A DNA stretch of 61,782 nt, filler included, from Chiloscyllium plagiosum (taxonomy: Eukaryota), in NCBI RefSeq assembly GCF_004010195.1. It is 6 parts of one record of this genome, joined end to end, with 100 filler letters (N's around TTAATTAATTAA, not from the genome) between each part and the next. Parts side by side here need not be neighbours in the genome. Positions count along the whole stretch, not along the records: positions 11,240 to 27,074 come from NC_057716.1; positions 27,175 to 35,305 come from NC_057716.1; positions 35,406 to 47,841 come from NC_057716.1; 3 more parts are not named here. One strand, written 5' to 3'. Below are positions 25,350 to 38,021 of the stretch, in pieces. Within the stretch, counting starts at the first letter, position 1. Every line of letters starts with the position of its first letter. The position numbers were made by a program, and so were the translations under genes. The notes beneath the pieces are model-generated. The model saw only the letters and a program-made list of their open reading frames with translations, was not told the origin of the DNA and made no database searches.

Positions 25350-27074
25350 CTGGTGAGGCCAGAAACAGGGAGATAATGGATTTGAATGTGTGGCTGGGGA
25401 ACTGGTGCAGGAAGCAAGGATTTAAATTCTTGGATCACTGGGGTATGTTTTGTGGTAAGCATAAATTATACAAAAGGTTAGGGACCAGCATTCTGGCAGG
25501 CAGGTTTGCTACTGCAACACAGCTACGTTTAAACTAATTAGCGGGGGGGGACGACAAACTGGATGTTTAAGGAGGAAATTGAAGGGAAAGTTAGAACAAG
25601 GGAAGTCAAGAAAGACAACTGTATCAATGAAGCAGAAAACTCAAAGAGGGATCATGCTGTAAGGCTGAGTGAAATAGGAGTTGATGGGAAGGGTGAGGGC
25701 AGTAACAAATTAAAAATACTATATATGAATACACGAAACATGAGAAACAAGATGGATGAGCTTGAGGCTCTTTTGGAAATTGGCAGATACGATATTGTGG
25801 GAATAACTGAGACGTGGCTTCAAGTGGTCAGAGCCTGGGAAATGAATATTCAAGGCGACACATTGCTATTGTAAGGACAGACTGACGGGCAGAGGGGGTG
25901 GGGTGGCCATGTTGGTAAGGGATGATATTCAGTCCCTTGCGCCGGGGGACCTAGAATCAGGGGATGTAGAGTCGGATGTCGGATGCAAGTTGAATCAGGA
26001 GCTGAAATTGGCCTGTTGCAAAGATGTTACTACAGTTGTTATGGGGGATTTCAACCTGCAGGTAGACTGGGAAAATCAGGATGGTATTGGACCTCAAGAA
26101 AGAGACTTTGTGGAGTGCCTCCGAGATGGATTCTTAGAACAGCTGGTGCTGGAGCCTACCAGGGAGAAGGCAATTCTAAGGGATGATATTCAGTCCCTTG
26201 CGCCGGGGGACCTAGAATCAGAGGATGTAGAGTCAGTATGGATAGAGCCGAGAAATTCTAAGGGTAAAAAGACCCTCTTGGGAGTTATCGACAAGCCCCC
26301 AAACAGTAGTGTGGATGTCGGATGCAAGTTGAATCAGGAGCTGAAATTGGCCTGTTGCAAAGATGTTACTACAGTTGTTATGGGGGATTTCAACATGCAG
26401 GTAGACTGGGAAAATCAGGATGGTATTGGACCTCAAGAAAGAGACTTTGTGGAGTGCCTCCGAGATGGATTCTTAGAACAGCTGGTGCTGGAGCCTAGCA
26501 GGGAGAAGGCAATTCTGGATCTGATATTGTGCACTGAACCAGAATTGATCAGGGACCTCGAAGTCAAGGAGCCATTGGGAATTGGGGCCATAATACAATA
26601 AGCTGCAATCTGCAATTTGAGAGGGAGAGGGTACAATTGGAAGTGACAATATTTCTGTTGAATAAAGGGAACTATGGAGCTATGAGGGAGGAGCTGGCCA
26701 AAGTTCAATGGTGCAATATCTTAGCAGGGATGACAGTGGAGGAACAATGGTGGATATTTCTGTGTATAATGCAGAAGTTGCAGGATCAGTTCATTCCAAA
26801 AAGGAAGAAAGATCTTAGGAGGAGGCATGAGTGGCTGTGGCTGATGAGGGAAGTTAAGAAACATATAAAGTTAAAAGACAAAAAGTATAATATAGCAAAG
26901 ATAAGTGGGAAAACGGAGGACTGTGAAGCTTTTAAAGAACAGAGGATTACTAAGAAGGAAATACGCAGTGAAAAAATGAGGTACGAAGGTAAACTGGCCA
27001 AAAATATAAAGGAGGATAGTAAAAGTTTTTTTAGGTATGTGAAAGGCAAAAAATTGGTTAAGACTAAAATTGGG
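25350..27074 (+). mobile_element. CR1 LINE: ORF1 end + ORF2 AP endonuclease, with internal duplication
   Basis: LNVWLGNWCRKQGFKFLDHW (ORF1 esterase-like end); LYMNTRN, DIVGITETWL, MGDFN, ILDLIL; a segment starting near 25917 is repeated from 26178. Confidence 0.9.
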
Positions 27075-27174
27075 NNNNNNNNNNNNNNNNNNNNNNNNNN
27101 NNNNNNNNNNNNNNNNNNTTAATTAATTAANNNNNNNNNNNNNNNNNNNNNNNNNNNNNNNNNNNNNNNNNNNN

Positions 27175-28590
27175 CCCAGCAACCCAGTGTGGCGGTGTCT
27201 CGGCCCAGCATGGTGATTTCCCAGCAACCCAGTGTGGCGGTGTCTCGGCCTAGCATGGCGATTGTCCAGCAACCCAGTGTGGCGGTGTCTCAGCCCAGCA
27301 TGGTGATTTTCCAGCAACCCGGTGTGGCAGTCTCTCAGCCCAGCATGGCGATTTCCCAGCAACCCAGTGTGGCGGTGTCTCAGTCCAGCATGGCGATTTC
27401 CCAGCAACCCAGCATGGCGGTGTCTCAGCCCAGCATGGTGATTTCCCAGCAACCCAGCGTAGCGGTGTCTCAGCACAGCATGGTGATTTCCCAGCAACCC
27501 AGAGTGGTGGTGTCTCAGCCCAGCATGGTGATTTCCCAGCAACCCAGCGTAGCGGTGTCTCAGCCCAGCATGGCGATTTCCCAGCAACCCAGCATGGCGG
27601 TGTCTCAGCCCAGCATGGTGATTTCCCAGCAACCCAGTGTGGCGGTGTCTCAGCCCAGCATGCCGATTTCCCAGCAACCCAGTGTGGCGGTGTCTCAGCC
27701 CAGCATGGCGATTTCCCAGCAACCCAGCATAGCGGTGTCTTGGCCCAGCATGGTGATTTCCCAGCAACCCAGTGTGGCAGTGTCTCAGCCCAGCATGGCG
27801 ATTTCCCAGCAACCCAGCGTAGCGGTGTCTTGGCCCAGCATGGTGATTTCCCAGCAACCCAGTGTGGCGGTGTCTCAGCCCAGCATGGCGATTTCCCAGC
27901 AACCCAGTGTGGCGGTGTCTCAGCCCAGCATGGCGAGTTCCCAGCAACCCAGCATAGAGGTGTCTCAGCCCAGCATGGTGATTTCCCAGTAACCCAGCGT
28001 AGCGGTGTCTCAGCCCAGCATGGCGATTTCCCAGCAAACCAGTGTGGCAGTGTCTCANNNNNNNNNNNNNNNNNNNNNNNNNNNNNNNNNNNNNNNNNNN
28101 NNNNNNNNNNNNNNNNNNNNNNNNNNNNNNNNNNNNNNNNNNNNNNNNNNNNNNNNNNNNNNNNNNNNNNNNNNNNNNNNNNNNNNNNNNNNNNNNNNNN
28201 NNNNNNNNNNNNNNNNNNNNNNNNNNNNNNNNNNNNNNNNNNNNNNNNNNNNNNNNNNNNNNNNNNNNNNNNNNNNNNNNNNNNNNNNNNNNNNNNNNNN
28301 NNNNNNNNNNNNNNNNNNNNNNNNNNNNNNNNNNNNNNNNNNNNNNNNNNNNNNNNNNNNNNNNNNNNNNNNNNNNNNNNNNNNNNNNNNNNNNNNNNNN
28401 NNNNNNNNNNNNNNNNNNNNNNNNNNNNNNNNNNNNNNNNNNNNNNNNNNNNNNNNNNNNNNNNNNNNNNNNNNNNNNNNNNNNNNNNNNNNNNNNNNNN
28501 NNNNNNNNNNNNNNNNNNNNNNNNNNNNNNNNNNNNNNNNNNNNNNNNNNNNNNNNNGCGGTGTCTCAGCCCAGCATGGTGATTTCCCAG
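27175..28590. repeat. 45-bp minisatellite spanning a 500-N gap
   Basis: Unit CCCAGCAACCCAGTGTGGCGGTGTCTCAGCCCAGCATGGYGATTT, about 19-20 copies before the gap and a partial copy after it. Confidence 0.95.
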
Positions 28591-30339
28591 TGGCAGTGGC
28601 AGTCTCCTGGCCTAGCTTGACCTCAGCATGGATTTCTGGTCTTGAGGTAATTCCAGAACCATCTCCCGGCCTCATGAACCCTGAGGCAAAGCCCAACACA
28701 GTCTGGAGTCAAGGCCTGATGAGGACTGGAGTCTGGGCGCCAACATGTACTGGGTTGGAAGACCATTGTTCGGGACATTTTTTCTCTACTTTATAATTTA
28801 TTCCTAAAATCTGCAATGCTAGACTTTTTACTTCTCTATTTTTCAAGAACTGTAACTGAAGAAGCTGTACCCAGGCACCTTTGTACCTCAGATGGGATCA
28901 TAAGTGGGGACTTGTACAATTTTCACTGTACTTATTTGAGTACATATGGACAATAAAGCTAATTCTAATTCTAATTCAGGTTGTGGTGGCAGACCAACTA
29001 AACATTGGCAGAGTAAAGCCTTTCCTATTGAACTATATAATTGGCTTCAGGACATCCTAAAAGGTCTTCAGTCAATGAGGTAAGTACGAAGTGGGGGTCA
29101 CTTATAAAATTTGTAAAATAGGAAACATAGCAGTTTATGCACAGCAAGATCCCAGCTACAGCTATAACATAAAAACCATTTGTTTCAATGATCCTGCTTG
29201 AGAGATAAGTATTGCCTGGAGAAATCCCTGATGTTCTTTGAAACTATGTCTTGGAAGAACTGCCTCATAGATTCACCATAATGATACTGGAGTTAAATTA
29301 TAAGCAAAGCCTGAACTTATATTCCCTTGAGTATAAAAGGTTGAGGGATGAGCTAATTGAGGGGTTAAGACGATTAAAGGTGTTGATAAATTAGGTAGAG
29401 AACAGGGTGCGGTGGCCCAGTGGTATTATTGCTAGACTGTAAATCGAGAGTCCCAGCCAAATGTTCTGGGGATCCGAGTTCAAATGTTGTCATGGCAATA
29501 GCTGAATTCAAATTCAATAAAAATCAGGAATTAAGAGTTTAATGTTGAAACCATTATCAGTTGTCAGGAAAAGCCCCTCTGGTTGCTGATTGAAAAAATA
29601 GGAAATTGCTGGTCTGACTGACATGTGACAGCAATGCGATTGAATCTTAAAAGCTCTGGTTATAAGGGATGGAACAATAAAAGTTGGCCTTAACAGTAGG
29701 AGAGACCAGGAGAAAATGGTGTGGGGGCTGGCAGAACTGTAGAATCGGTCTGTGGGAATAATAAGGAAGCATTTCTCCACACGAAGGGCAGACTGAACCT
29801 GGAATTCTCCCTCAAAAGGAAATTGAAGTGTCCATTGAGAACGTTCAGATTTGTGTCTCTAAGAATTACAGAACTAAGGCAAGTGGAGTTAATTTAAAGA
29901 TCAGCCATAATCCAATTGAAAGGCTGAACAAATTCAAGGCTGAATGGCCTCTTATTATTCCCAATGGTGTCTCTCTCTCTCACTCATACAGCAGAATACA
30001 GTTTGATAGTTCCGGACAAAATGTTTATCTTGGAATTAGTATGTTAGGAAGACAATCAAAACTACCAGGAAATGGGAAACAGCCCTCAGAAGGCCTGTAA
30101 CCCTGGGAAACAAGGAAGTGACCAATTAAACTTTACGGAAAACTGCTAAGCACTCCACCTAGTGGTTCAACTGGTATAGCAACAACAACAAATTGCATTT
30201 GTACAACGCCTTCAAAATAAGCTGTCTCAAGCTATTTCACAGGAACTTTATGGGACATAAATGGACACTGAACCACGATGGAAATTTTAAGACTAGTCAC
30301 TAAATATGTGGTTGCAGGATTGAGTTTTAAGATGAGTCT

Positions 30340-30749
30340 TGTGAGAAACAAAACTCACTCACAATTCAGGCTGAGACAAAGCCTTGGAAACAAGAACATT
30401 TTATTCTGTACAGTCTTGCAAGAACGGGCGCCCGCGCGAGCAAGCGGGCAAGCAAGCGTGCACTACAAAGCATGTAAGCATTCTTATACAGTTTGCAAGT
30501 TGCGGAATCACACCTCCCTTTTTCCCATTAGTCTAGTCTCATCCTATCATAATTCGACTACCTCACTTGTTTTTCTCTAATTTTCCTTATCTGGCTATCC
30601 TGCTGTCCTTGTCCTTGTTCGTTACAGCCTTCCTGTTATTTCATCCAGTTCCCCTTATCATACCATAAGCTTATTGCGAAATGCCCCTACTGCTTTTTTT
30701 GTGGTCACCTACAAAACTTTAAAGTTATTTCTTAGCTTAAAACTATTTC
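30340..30749 (-). repeat. ERV 3' LTR, truncated at U3 end
   Basis: Direct repeat of 32036-32445 (about 19 substitutions by manual count); minus-strand TATAA and AATAAA. Confidence 0.9.
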
Positions 30750-31255
30750 GTTAAAAATATAATCTAGAGCCATCCTGTTCTGAAGAGTCGTTAGCCGAGT
30801 GGCAATCATTTCGGTCGTTATGGCTGCTACTTGGGATTGGGTTTCGGCCAACGCATCAGCAGTATTGTTGGCCAACTCTTCCAGGGAAGCCGCCAACTTT
30901 TGTATTTCTTCTCCTGCTCGAGCGGTCCCATACATAGGTATCAAAGTCCAGAGGAGGCAATCTTCTTCAGTTACTTTCTGGGTTACTCGCCTTCCTCCCT
31001 ATTTATTCTGAGATATTTTTGGGGCTCTCTTTAACAGCCTCAAGTGGGGAATTATGTAAGCAAGATAGCAGCAGCCACTCCAACCTTTCTGGTTTTGGGG
31101 TAGTGTCTGAACTGAATGGTCCCAGCACCCATTCCCGTGACATCCGCCACTCCAAACGTACTTCTCACCGGAGATAAATGGGTAGGCCTTTAAGCCACAC
31201 ACCCAATATGTCCCATTCAATACTTGGGGAATGGTTGTGGGAGTAGCTTGGCTGG
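30750..31255 (-). pseudogene. env: ERV env remnant (SU C-terminus + TM ectodomain)
   Basis: NGTYWVCG...GWSGCCYLAYIIP, one in-frame TAG (30999-31001), RRVTQ cleavage-site remnant, fusion-peptide region, heptad repeat, immunosuppressive motif TLQNRMALDYI, then fused to LTR. Confidence 0.85.
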
Positions 31256-31514
31256 TATATATTTAGATCTTGGCACAGCCAATCTTCATCGGACCCATAT
31301 TTGGGCCAAAAAAAAACCCAGGCTCCTTAATGCTTTCTCGAGTCCAGACAAAACAACAATAGTTTATCATTATAGTCTTATCTTCTCCCCATGTCCGGGA
31401 GTTGTGTTCCCAATTTCCCAACATTTTCCCCAAAGGACTGTCGGGCGGACTATATTCCCCTTTAACGTTATTTACAGATCGATCGTTACACAGGCAACTC
31501 CCCGTGCCTCCCAT
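31256..31514 (-). pseudogene. gag: ERV gag matrix remnant
   Basis: MGGTGS myristoylation motif; PPDSPLGKMLGNW...MINYCCFVWT...(frameshift in T9 run)...WPKYGSDEDWLCQDL. Confidence 0.8.
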
Positions 31515-32015
31515 TGTTGCTAATTTAATTAATCTTAACGAGGTCCGGTGTCACCTTCTTCCTCCTCCCCCATCAGGGTCCTGACTAGACACCTTACTCA
31601 TCCGATTAATCTGGCCAATTATATGCTTTATTTTATATCTCGCCAATTCCCCGTACTTTTCGTATGTCCCCGACCACCAAGGCAATGCTTAAAGGTCTTT
31701 TTCTTACCTTGGTCTGTGCACGGATTTACCTGGTTATTTCAGTTGGTCCCGTCACGCGGCAATACCTGCAGCAACTACCGCTGCCTACCCCGGTCGCCCG
31801 GATATATCTTTTAAGACCTTTCCTTACCCGGGTCTTGTGCACAAGAGTTACCTGACCGAACCCGCTGCGTCTGCCCATCTTGTTTCCAGGAGTCTCCCAG
31901 TTCGGAACCCGCTCGCCCAAACCGCAAACGACAAGCAAGGGAGTCGGAGATAACCGAAATCGGCGAGGTGCACCTTCCCCGTCATCCCAAGAGTGTCGAG
32001 TGGTTGGGGTTTCGG

Positions 32016-32033
32016 ATCCCGGACAAGCCCCCA
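32016..32033 (-). other. Primer-binding site, tRNA-Pro
   Basis: TGGGGGCTTGTCCGGGAT, 17/18 match to canonical PBS-Pro TGGGGGCTCGTCCGGGAT, 2 nt after the LTR-terminal CA. Confidence 0.9.
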
Positions 32034-32035
32034 AC

Positions 32036-32618
32036 TGTGAGAAACAAAATTCACTCACAATTCAGTCTGAGACAAAGCCTTGGAAACAAGAACATTTTAT
32101 TCTATATGGTCTTGCAAGAACGGGTGCCCGCACGAGCAAGCAGGCAAGCAAGCGTGCACTACAAAGCAGGTAAGCATTCTTATTCAGTTTGCAAGTTGCG
32201 GAATCACACCTCCCTTTTTCCCATTAGTCTAGTCTCATCCTACCATAAGTCGATTACCTCACTTGTTTTTCTCTAATTTTCCTCATCTGGCTATCCTGCT
32301 GTCCTTGTCTTTGTTCATTACAGCCTTCCTGTTATTTTATCCAGTTCCCCTTATCAAACCATAAGCTTATTGCGAAATGCCCCTACTGCTTTTTTTGTGG
32401 TCACCTACAATACTTTAAAGTTATTTCTTAGCTTAAAACTATTTCTTTAAAAAAACCTTCTATATTCATTAAAATCTTAGCCTTACATATGCTGCAAGAA
32501 TCCCACAACCGTTTGTGTAATGTCACCCCCCCCCCCCCACAACACTCCACTGCCCATCTTCAAAAACAACATCTCAAACCACCACCACCTGCAGAAATTA
32601 CATTTCTAATCTCCCACA
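32036..32618 (-). repeat. ERV 5' LTR (583 bp)
   Basis: TG...CA termini with short inverted repeat; bounded by the TSD and the PBS. Confidence 0.85.
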
Positions 32619-33239
32619 GTCTGAAAAGAGGAGAATGGTGTTTTCGGGAGGGAGTTCCACACTTTAAGGCCTAGGCAGTTGAAGGTACATCTGCCAATTG
32701 TGAAGTAAAGGAAATATGGGATACCCGAGAGACCAGAGCTAGAGGATGTGCAAGATCTCAGTGGGTTGAGGACTGGAGGAGGATACAGAGTTAGGGATGT
32801 GAAGCCAGTAGTTTTGTGATAAACAGAGGCTGAGGAGGCTCATCTACAGTAATTTGTGGGGTGAACAAAGATCAGTATTCAGAGGTACAACCTTTGATGA
32901 GTGGACAGCATTTGTTTCTCATCCCTTATTATCCTGTAGAAGGTGGTGATGAACTGAACTGTCTTCCTGACCACTGCAGTCCATTGGTTATAGATAGACC
33001 CACAATATCATTAGGGAGGGACTTTCAAGAATTTGATTCAATGACGCTGAAGGAATGCAATATGTTTCCAAGTCAGAAAGATGATTGCCCCAGAGGGGAC
33101 CTTGTGTTTTCCCATGTAACTGCTGGCTTTGTCCTTTTGGTGGTAATGCTTGTGGATTGGAAGGTTCTGTCTAAGAAGCATTGGTGAGTTGCTGCAATGC
33201 ATCATATTGATGGTACATCCACTGCCACTATGTATCGGT

Positions 33240-35305
33240 TAGAGTCATAGAGACGTACAGCACGGAAACAGACCCTTCAGTCCAACTTGTCCATGCCAAC
33301 CAGATATCTCAACCCAATCTGGTCCCACCACCAGCACCCGGCCCATGTCCCTCCAAACCCTTCCTATTCATATACATATCCAGATGCCTTTTAAATGTTG
33401 CAATTGTACTAGCCATCACCACTTCCTCTGGCAGCTCATTCCATACATGTACTACCCTTAAGTCTCTTTAATATCTTTCCCCTCTCACCTTAAACCTATG
33501 CCCTCTAGACTTTGTCTATTTACCCTATCCATGCCCCTCATGATTTTATAAACCTCTATAAGGTCACCCTTCAGCCTCCAATGCTCCAGGGAAAACAGCC
33601 CCAGCCTATTCAACTTCTCCCTATAGCTCAACCCTGGCAACATCCTTGTAAATCTTTTCTGAACCCTTTCAGGTTTCACAACATCTTTCCGATAGGAAGG
33701 AGACCAGAATTGCACACAATGTTCCAAAGGTGGCCTCACTAATGTCCTGTACAGTCGCAACATGACCTCCCAACTCCTGTACTCAATACTCTGACCAATA
33801 AATGAAAGCATACCAAACGCCTTCTTCACTATCCTATCTACCTGCGACTCCACTTTCAAGGAGCTATGAATCTGCACTCCAAGGTCTCTTTGTTCAGCAA
33901 GACTCCTGAGGACCTTACCATTAAGTGTATAAGTCTTGCTAAGATTTGCTTTCCCAAAATGTAGCATCTTGCATTTATCTGAATTAAACTCCGTCTGCCA
34001 CTTCTCAGCCCATTGACCCATCTGAGCAAGATCCCGTTGTAATCTGAGGTAACCATCTTCGCTGTGCCCTACACCTCCAATTTTAGTGTCATCTGCAAAC
34101 TTACTAACTATACCTCTTGGGCTCACATCTAAATCATTTATATAAATGATGAAAAATATTGGACCCAGCACTGATCCTTGTGCCATTCCACTGGTCACAG
34201 GCCTCCAATCTGAAAAATAACCCTATACAACCACCCTCTGTCTTCTACCTTTGAGCCAGTTCTGCATTCAAATGGCTAGTTGTCCCTGTATTCCATGAGA
34301 TCTAACCTTGGGGAACCTTGTCGGATGCCTTACTGAAGTCCATATAGACACGTCTATTGCTCTACCTTCATCAATCCTCTTTGTTACTTCTTCAAAAAAC
34401 TCAATCAAGTTTGTGAGACATGATTTCCCTATACAACCACCCTCTGTCTTCTACCTTTGAGCCAGTTCTGCATTCAAATGGCTAGTCGTCCCTGTATTCC
34501 ATGAGATCTAACCTTGCTCACCAGTCTCCCATGGGGAACCTTGTCGGATGCCTTACTGAAGTCCATATAGACACGTCTATCGCTCTACCTTCATCAATCC
34601 TCTTTGTTACTTCTTCAAAAAACTCAATCAAGTTTGTGAGACATGATTTGCCACGCACAAAACCATGTTAACTATCCCTAATCAGTCCTTGCCTTTCCAA
34701 ATCCATGTACCTCCTGTCCCTCAGGATTCCCTCCAACAACTTGCCCATCACTGACGTCAGGCTCACTGGTCTATAGTTCCCTGGTTTGTCCTTACCACCT
34801 TTCTTAAACAGTGGCACTATGTTAGCCAACCTCCAGTCTTCTGGCACCTGACCTGTGACTATCAATGATACAAATATCTCAGCCCATTGGCCCAGCAATC
34901 ACTTCTCTAGCTTCCCACAGAGTACTCGGGTACACCTGATCAGGTCTTGGGGACTTTTCCACTTCTGTGCGTTTCAAGACATCCAGCACTTCCTACTTTG
35001 TAATATGGACATTTTCAAGATGTCACCATCTATTTCCCTACATTCTATATCTTCTATGTCCTTTTCCATAGTAAACACCGATGCAAAATACTTGTTTAGT
35101 ATCTCCCCCATCTCCTGCAGCTCCACATGAAGGCCGCCTTGCTGATCTTTGAGGGGCCCTATTCTCCCCCTAGTTACCCTTTTGTCCTTATTGTATTTGT
35201 AAAAACCCTTTGGATTCTCCTTAATTCTTTTTGCCAAAGCTATCTCATGTCCCCGTTTTGCCCTCCTGATTTCCCTCTTAAGTATACTCCTACTTTCTTT
35301 ATACT
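33240..35305 (-). mobile_element. CR1 LINE (RT) with ~205-bp internal duplication
   Basis: ORFs 33485-34198 (QGSVLGP, KFADDTK), 34668-34898 and 34974-35237; CCCTATACAACCACCCTC segment at ~34221 recurs at ~34426. Confidence 0.95.
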
Positions 35306-36926
35306 NNNNNNNNNNNNNNNNNNNNNNNNNNNNNNNNNNNNNNNNNNNNTTAATTAATTAANNNNNNNNNNNNNNNNNNNNNNNNNNNNNNNNNNNNNNN
35401 NNNNNAGAGATCCACTGAGAATAGATTTGATGTTGCGAAATCGGGGTGTGGTAATGGTGAATGAAAGAGACAGTAAAAGTGTCTGGATAAGGTGTGGATG
35501 GGTATTAGTAATCTTGAATGCAGACACATGCATACAAAATATTGGAGCAGATGTAAAGAATTTAGAAAGAGATGAGGAGATTGGATTTTCACTCAGAGAG
35601 TGGGCAGGCTGCTGGACTTTTGGCAACAGAAAGCGGCTCAGCCAACATTTACTTTGAATGTTTTCTAGAAGGAGTTAAATATAGATCACAAGATATAAGG
35701 TATGAAATGGCGAGAAACCCGGAACAGGATACTGTATAATGGAGCAGGCACAGATGGTCACGTAGCCTGTACATGCTCAGTTTTCCAATTGTTTTAATCA
35801 CCAAGGAAATGGGAAGGAAAGACTGCAACGAACAGGGAGGTAGGGACAACACGAGAATCTGGGAATCACTGGGAATAGAGCAGCAGGGAATGTTTCAGAG
35901 AATGGGTGCAGTACATTCGGCACGGACACTGCCCAGAGCAATGATGCACACCATGCTAAGTCAATCAGTGTTACCTGTGCAATGAGTAGAAGAGCACCCA
36001 TCCCTCAATCGTTGGTTCTCTCGAGACGTCCCCTGGGTAGGGATGTAAAATTTCATTAAGCTGCCAGCTGGTAGGTAGTTCAGTGACCTGGGCGGGTTTC
36101 TGGGAGAAGTGAGGGGGAGATTGCTCGTCAATCTTGTATGTGGATGTTTCGCTGGTGTTCTTTTGGCGAGTGTATCTAAAGTCTATGTCCCGAATTCCGG
36201 GAATATGTATGGCTGGTCAGTGTGAGATAGTCTCACTTCTACTGAGCCTTCCTGTTTTACCCTATCCTAGTGACAGACTGGAGGCTCCAGGGACAACGCT
36301 GGGGGTGCGGGCTCTTTGTTAGGTTGTTTATTTGGTGAGTACTTTGTGGAATGGAAATGGAGAAGTTGATTCATCTTCTATCTTTGACCCCAGGTGTATT
36401 CAGTAATTTCCAGTTTGTGATTTTCAAAGGACAGAGACACGAGAATTTTAAATGCAACATTTTCTCATCCGCATTATTTATATATACTGTTTTAATAACA
36501 CTTAGTTCTGTAGAGCATTTTAATCCATTTTTACCAACTAACTTTAAAAAAAATAAAGCTCCATTCTCTAAATGGAGAAGCAATCCCCAGGAGTCTGGAA
36601 AGCAGTGGAGAGTAAAGGTTAGGTGCGAGGTTTTGATGACATTCCGACAGTTCGCATGCTATTTTTTTCCCAATTAATGGCTCCACACATGATGGGATTA
36701 ATTTCTCTCCGTTTCACAACCTGCATGCGTTTTAGTGCTTTCTCTCTCATACTGCTGCATTTATTTCCTGTTTCAAACTATTCAGATAACACCAGATACA
36801 GCTCTGACAGTCATTATGTTCTGAAACCTCATGATCAAAGGAAGTTGAACAAGAAACAGCAGCATTCACACTGGGCAATAACACACCTGCACTCTGTGTG
36901 TAACAATCCTCAAGCGTTTATCTGAG

Positions 36927-37458
36927 ATGTCAAAACACCAGCGCAGTCACACAAGGGAAAGAGTCTGGAAAAATGTGGATTGCCGGAACGGAATTATTTG
37001 CAACTCCCAACAGCAAACTCACCAACGCACTCACACACTGGAGAAGTTGTTCACTGGAGAAGTGTGGAAAAAGATTCCTTCAGTCAACAAAACTCCTGGC
37101 ACACCAGCAAGCTCACAGTGGGGAGAAACCATTCACCTGTAGTGAATGTGGGAAGGGCTTCACACAGTCATCCAGCCTGCTGATACTCCAGCGAATTCAC
37201 ACGGGGTAGAAACCATTCACTTGCACCACGTGTGTGAAAGGATTCACACAGCCATCTCAGCTGCTGAAACACCAGCGAGTTCACACTGGTGAGAAACCAT
37301 TCACTTGCTCTGTGTGTGGAAAGGGCTTCAAGCGATCATTCTATCTGCAGATACACCAGCGATTTCACACTGGGGAGACACCGTTCAACTGTTCTGTGTG
37401 CGGGAAGAGCTTCACTCAGTCAAACCATCTGCTGAGACATCAGAGAATTTACAAATAG
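36927..37458 (+). pseudogene. Tandem C2H2 zinc-finger gene remnant
   Basis: HTGEKPF linkers, about 6-7 finger units; frameshift near 37055, in-frame TAG at 37207-37209, lost Cys/His ligands in several fingers; AATAAA at 37535-37540. Confidence 0.8.
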
Positions 37459-38021
37459 CCACAGTTGAAAGTTGTTTATTTTTCCCCTCGTGCATGTAAA
37501 ATAATGAAAAATGAACATTGGCCGTTTACCTGTTAATAAAGTTATGTATCTGAAAGAATTCGTTTTGGAAGTGATGAATTCGTTGAACGTGCATACATTC
37601 ACACATTGGTTGAGGCTGTCCATCTGCACAAAGTATGAACCGGGACTATCTGGTTCATCAGAACGAGCTAATCACATCCATCTTCAGCTCTCCTACCTCC
37701 TCCATCCTCATCTGCATCCAATGTGATAATCTCATGGAGTAACTTTGTGACGACAAATGAGACAATCGGATCAGCTGCCTCTGCTGTTTCCTTCCCACTC
37801 CTTTGTCAAGCTGTCTCTTAAACTCCCCTTGCTGCATTTGTGATCCTGCATCATCGTTGCTCGTATGTACTCTCTTGGCCTGTCAGTGCTCATGGTACTG
37901 CATATAGAATTTTGCAAATAGGGCTGACAGTGTAAGTATTTACCACTTGCCTTCCATCAACAACAGTCGAATTTTCCTGCAATAAAATTTACGAAATCAT
38001 GGCCAACATATCCCCCATCAA

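Larger units (their letters stand above)
30340..32618 (-). mobile_element. Class I endogenous retrovirus (HERV-I/HERVIP-like), internally deleted provirus
   Basis: GTCT TSD at 30336-30339 and 32619-32622; 5' LTR 32618-32036 (TGTGGGAG...TCTCACA); PBS 32033-32016; gag-MA and env remnants; 3' LTR ~30749-30340, missing its U3 start; interrupts an older repeat that resumes after the TSD. Confidence 0.9.

Noticed and set aside
32481..32487. CCTTACA as the ERV outer boundary
   Set aside because: No TSD there; the boundary at 32618 gives a GTCT TSD and restores the interrupted flanking repeat.
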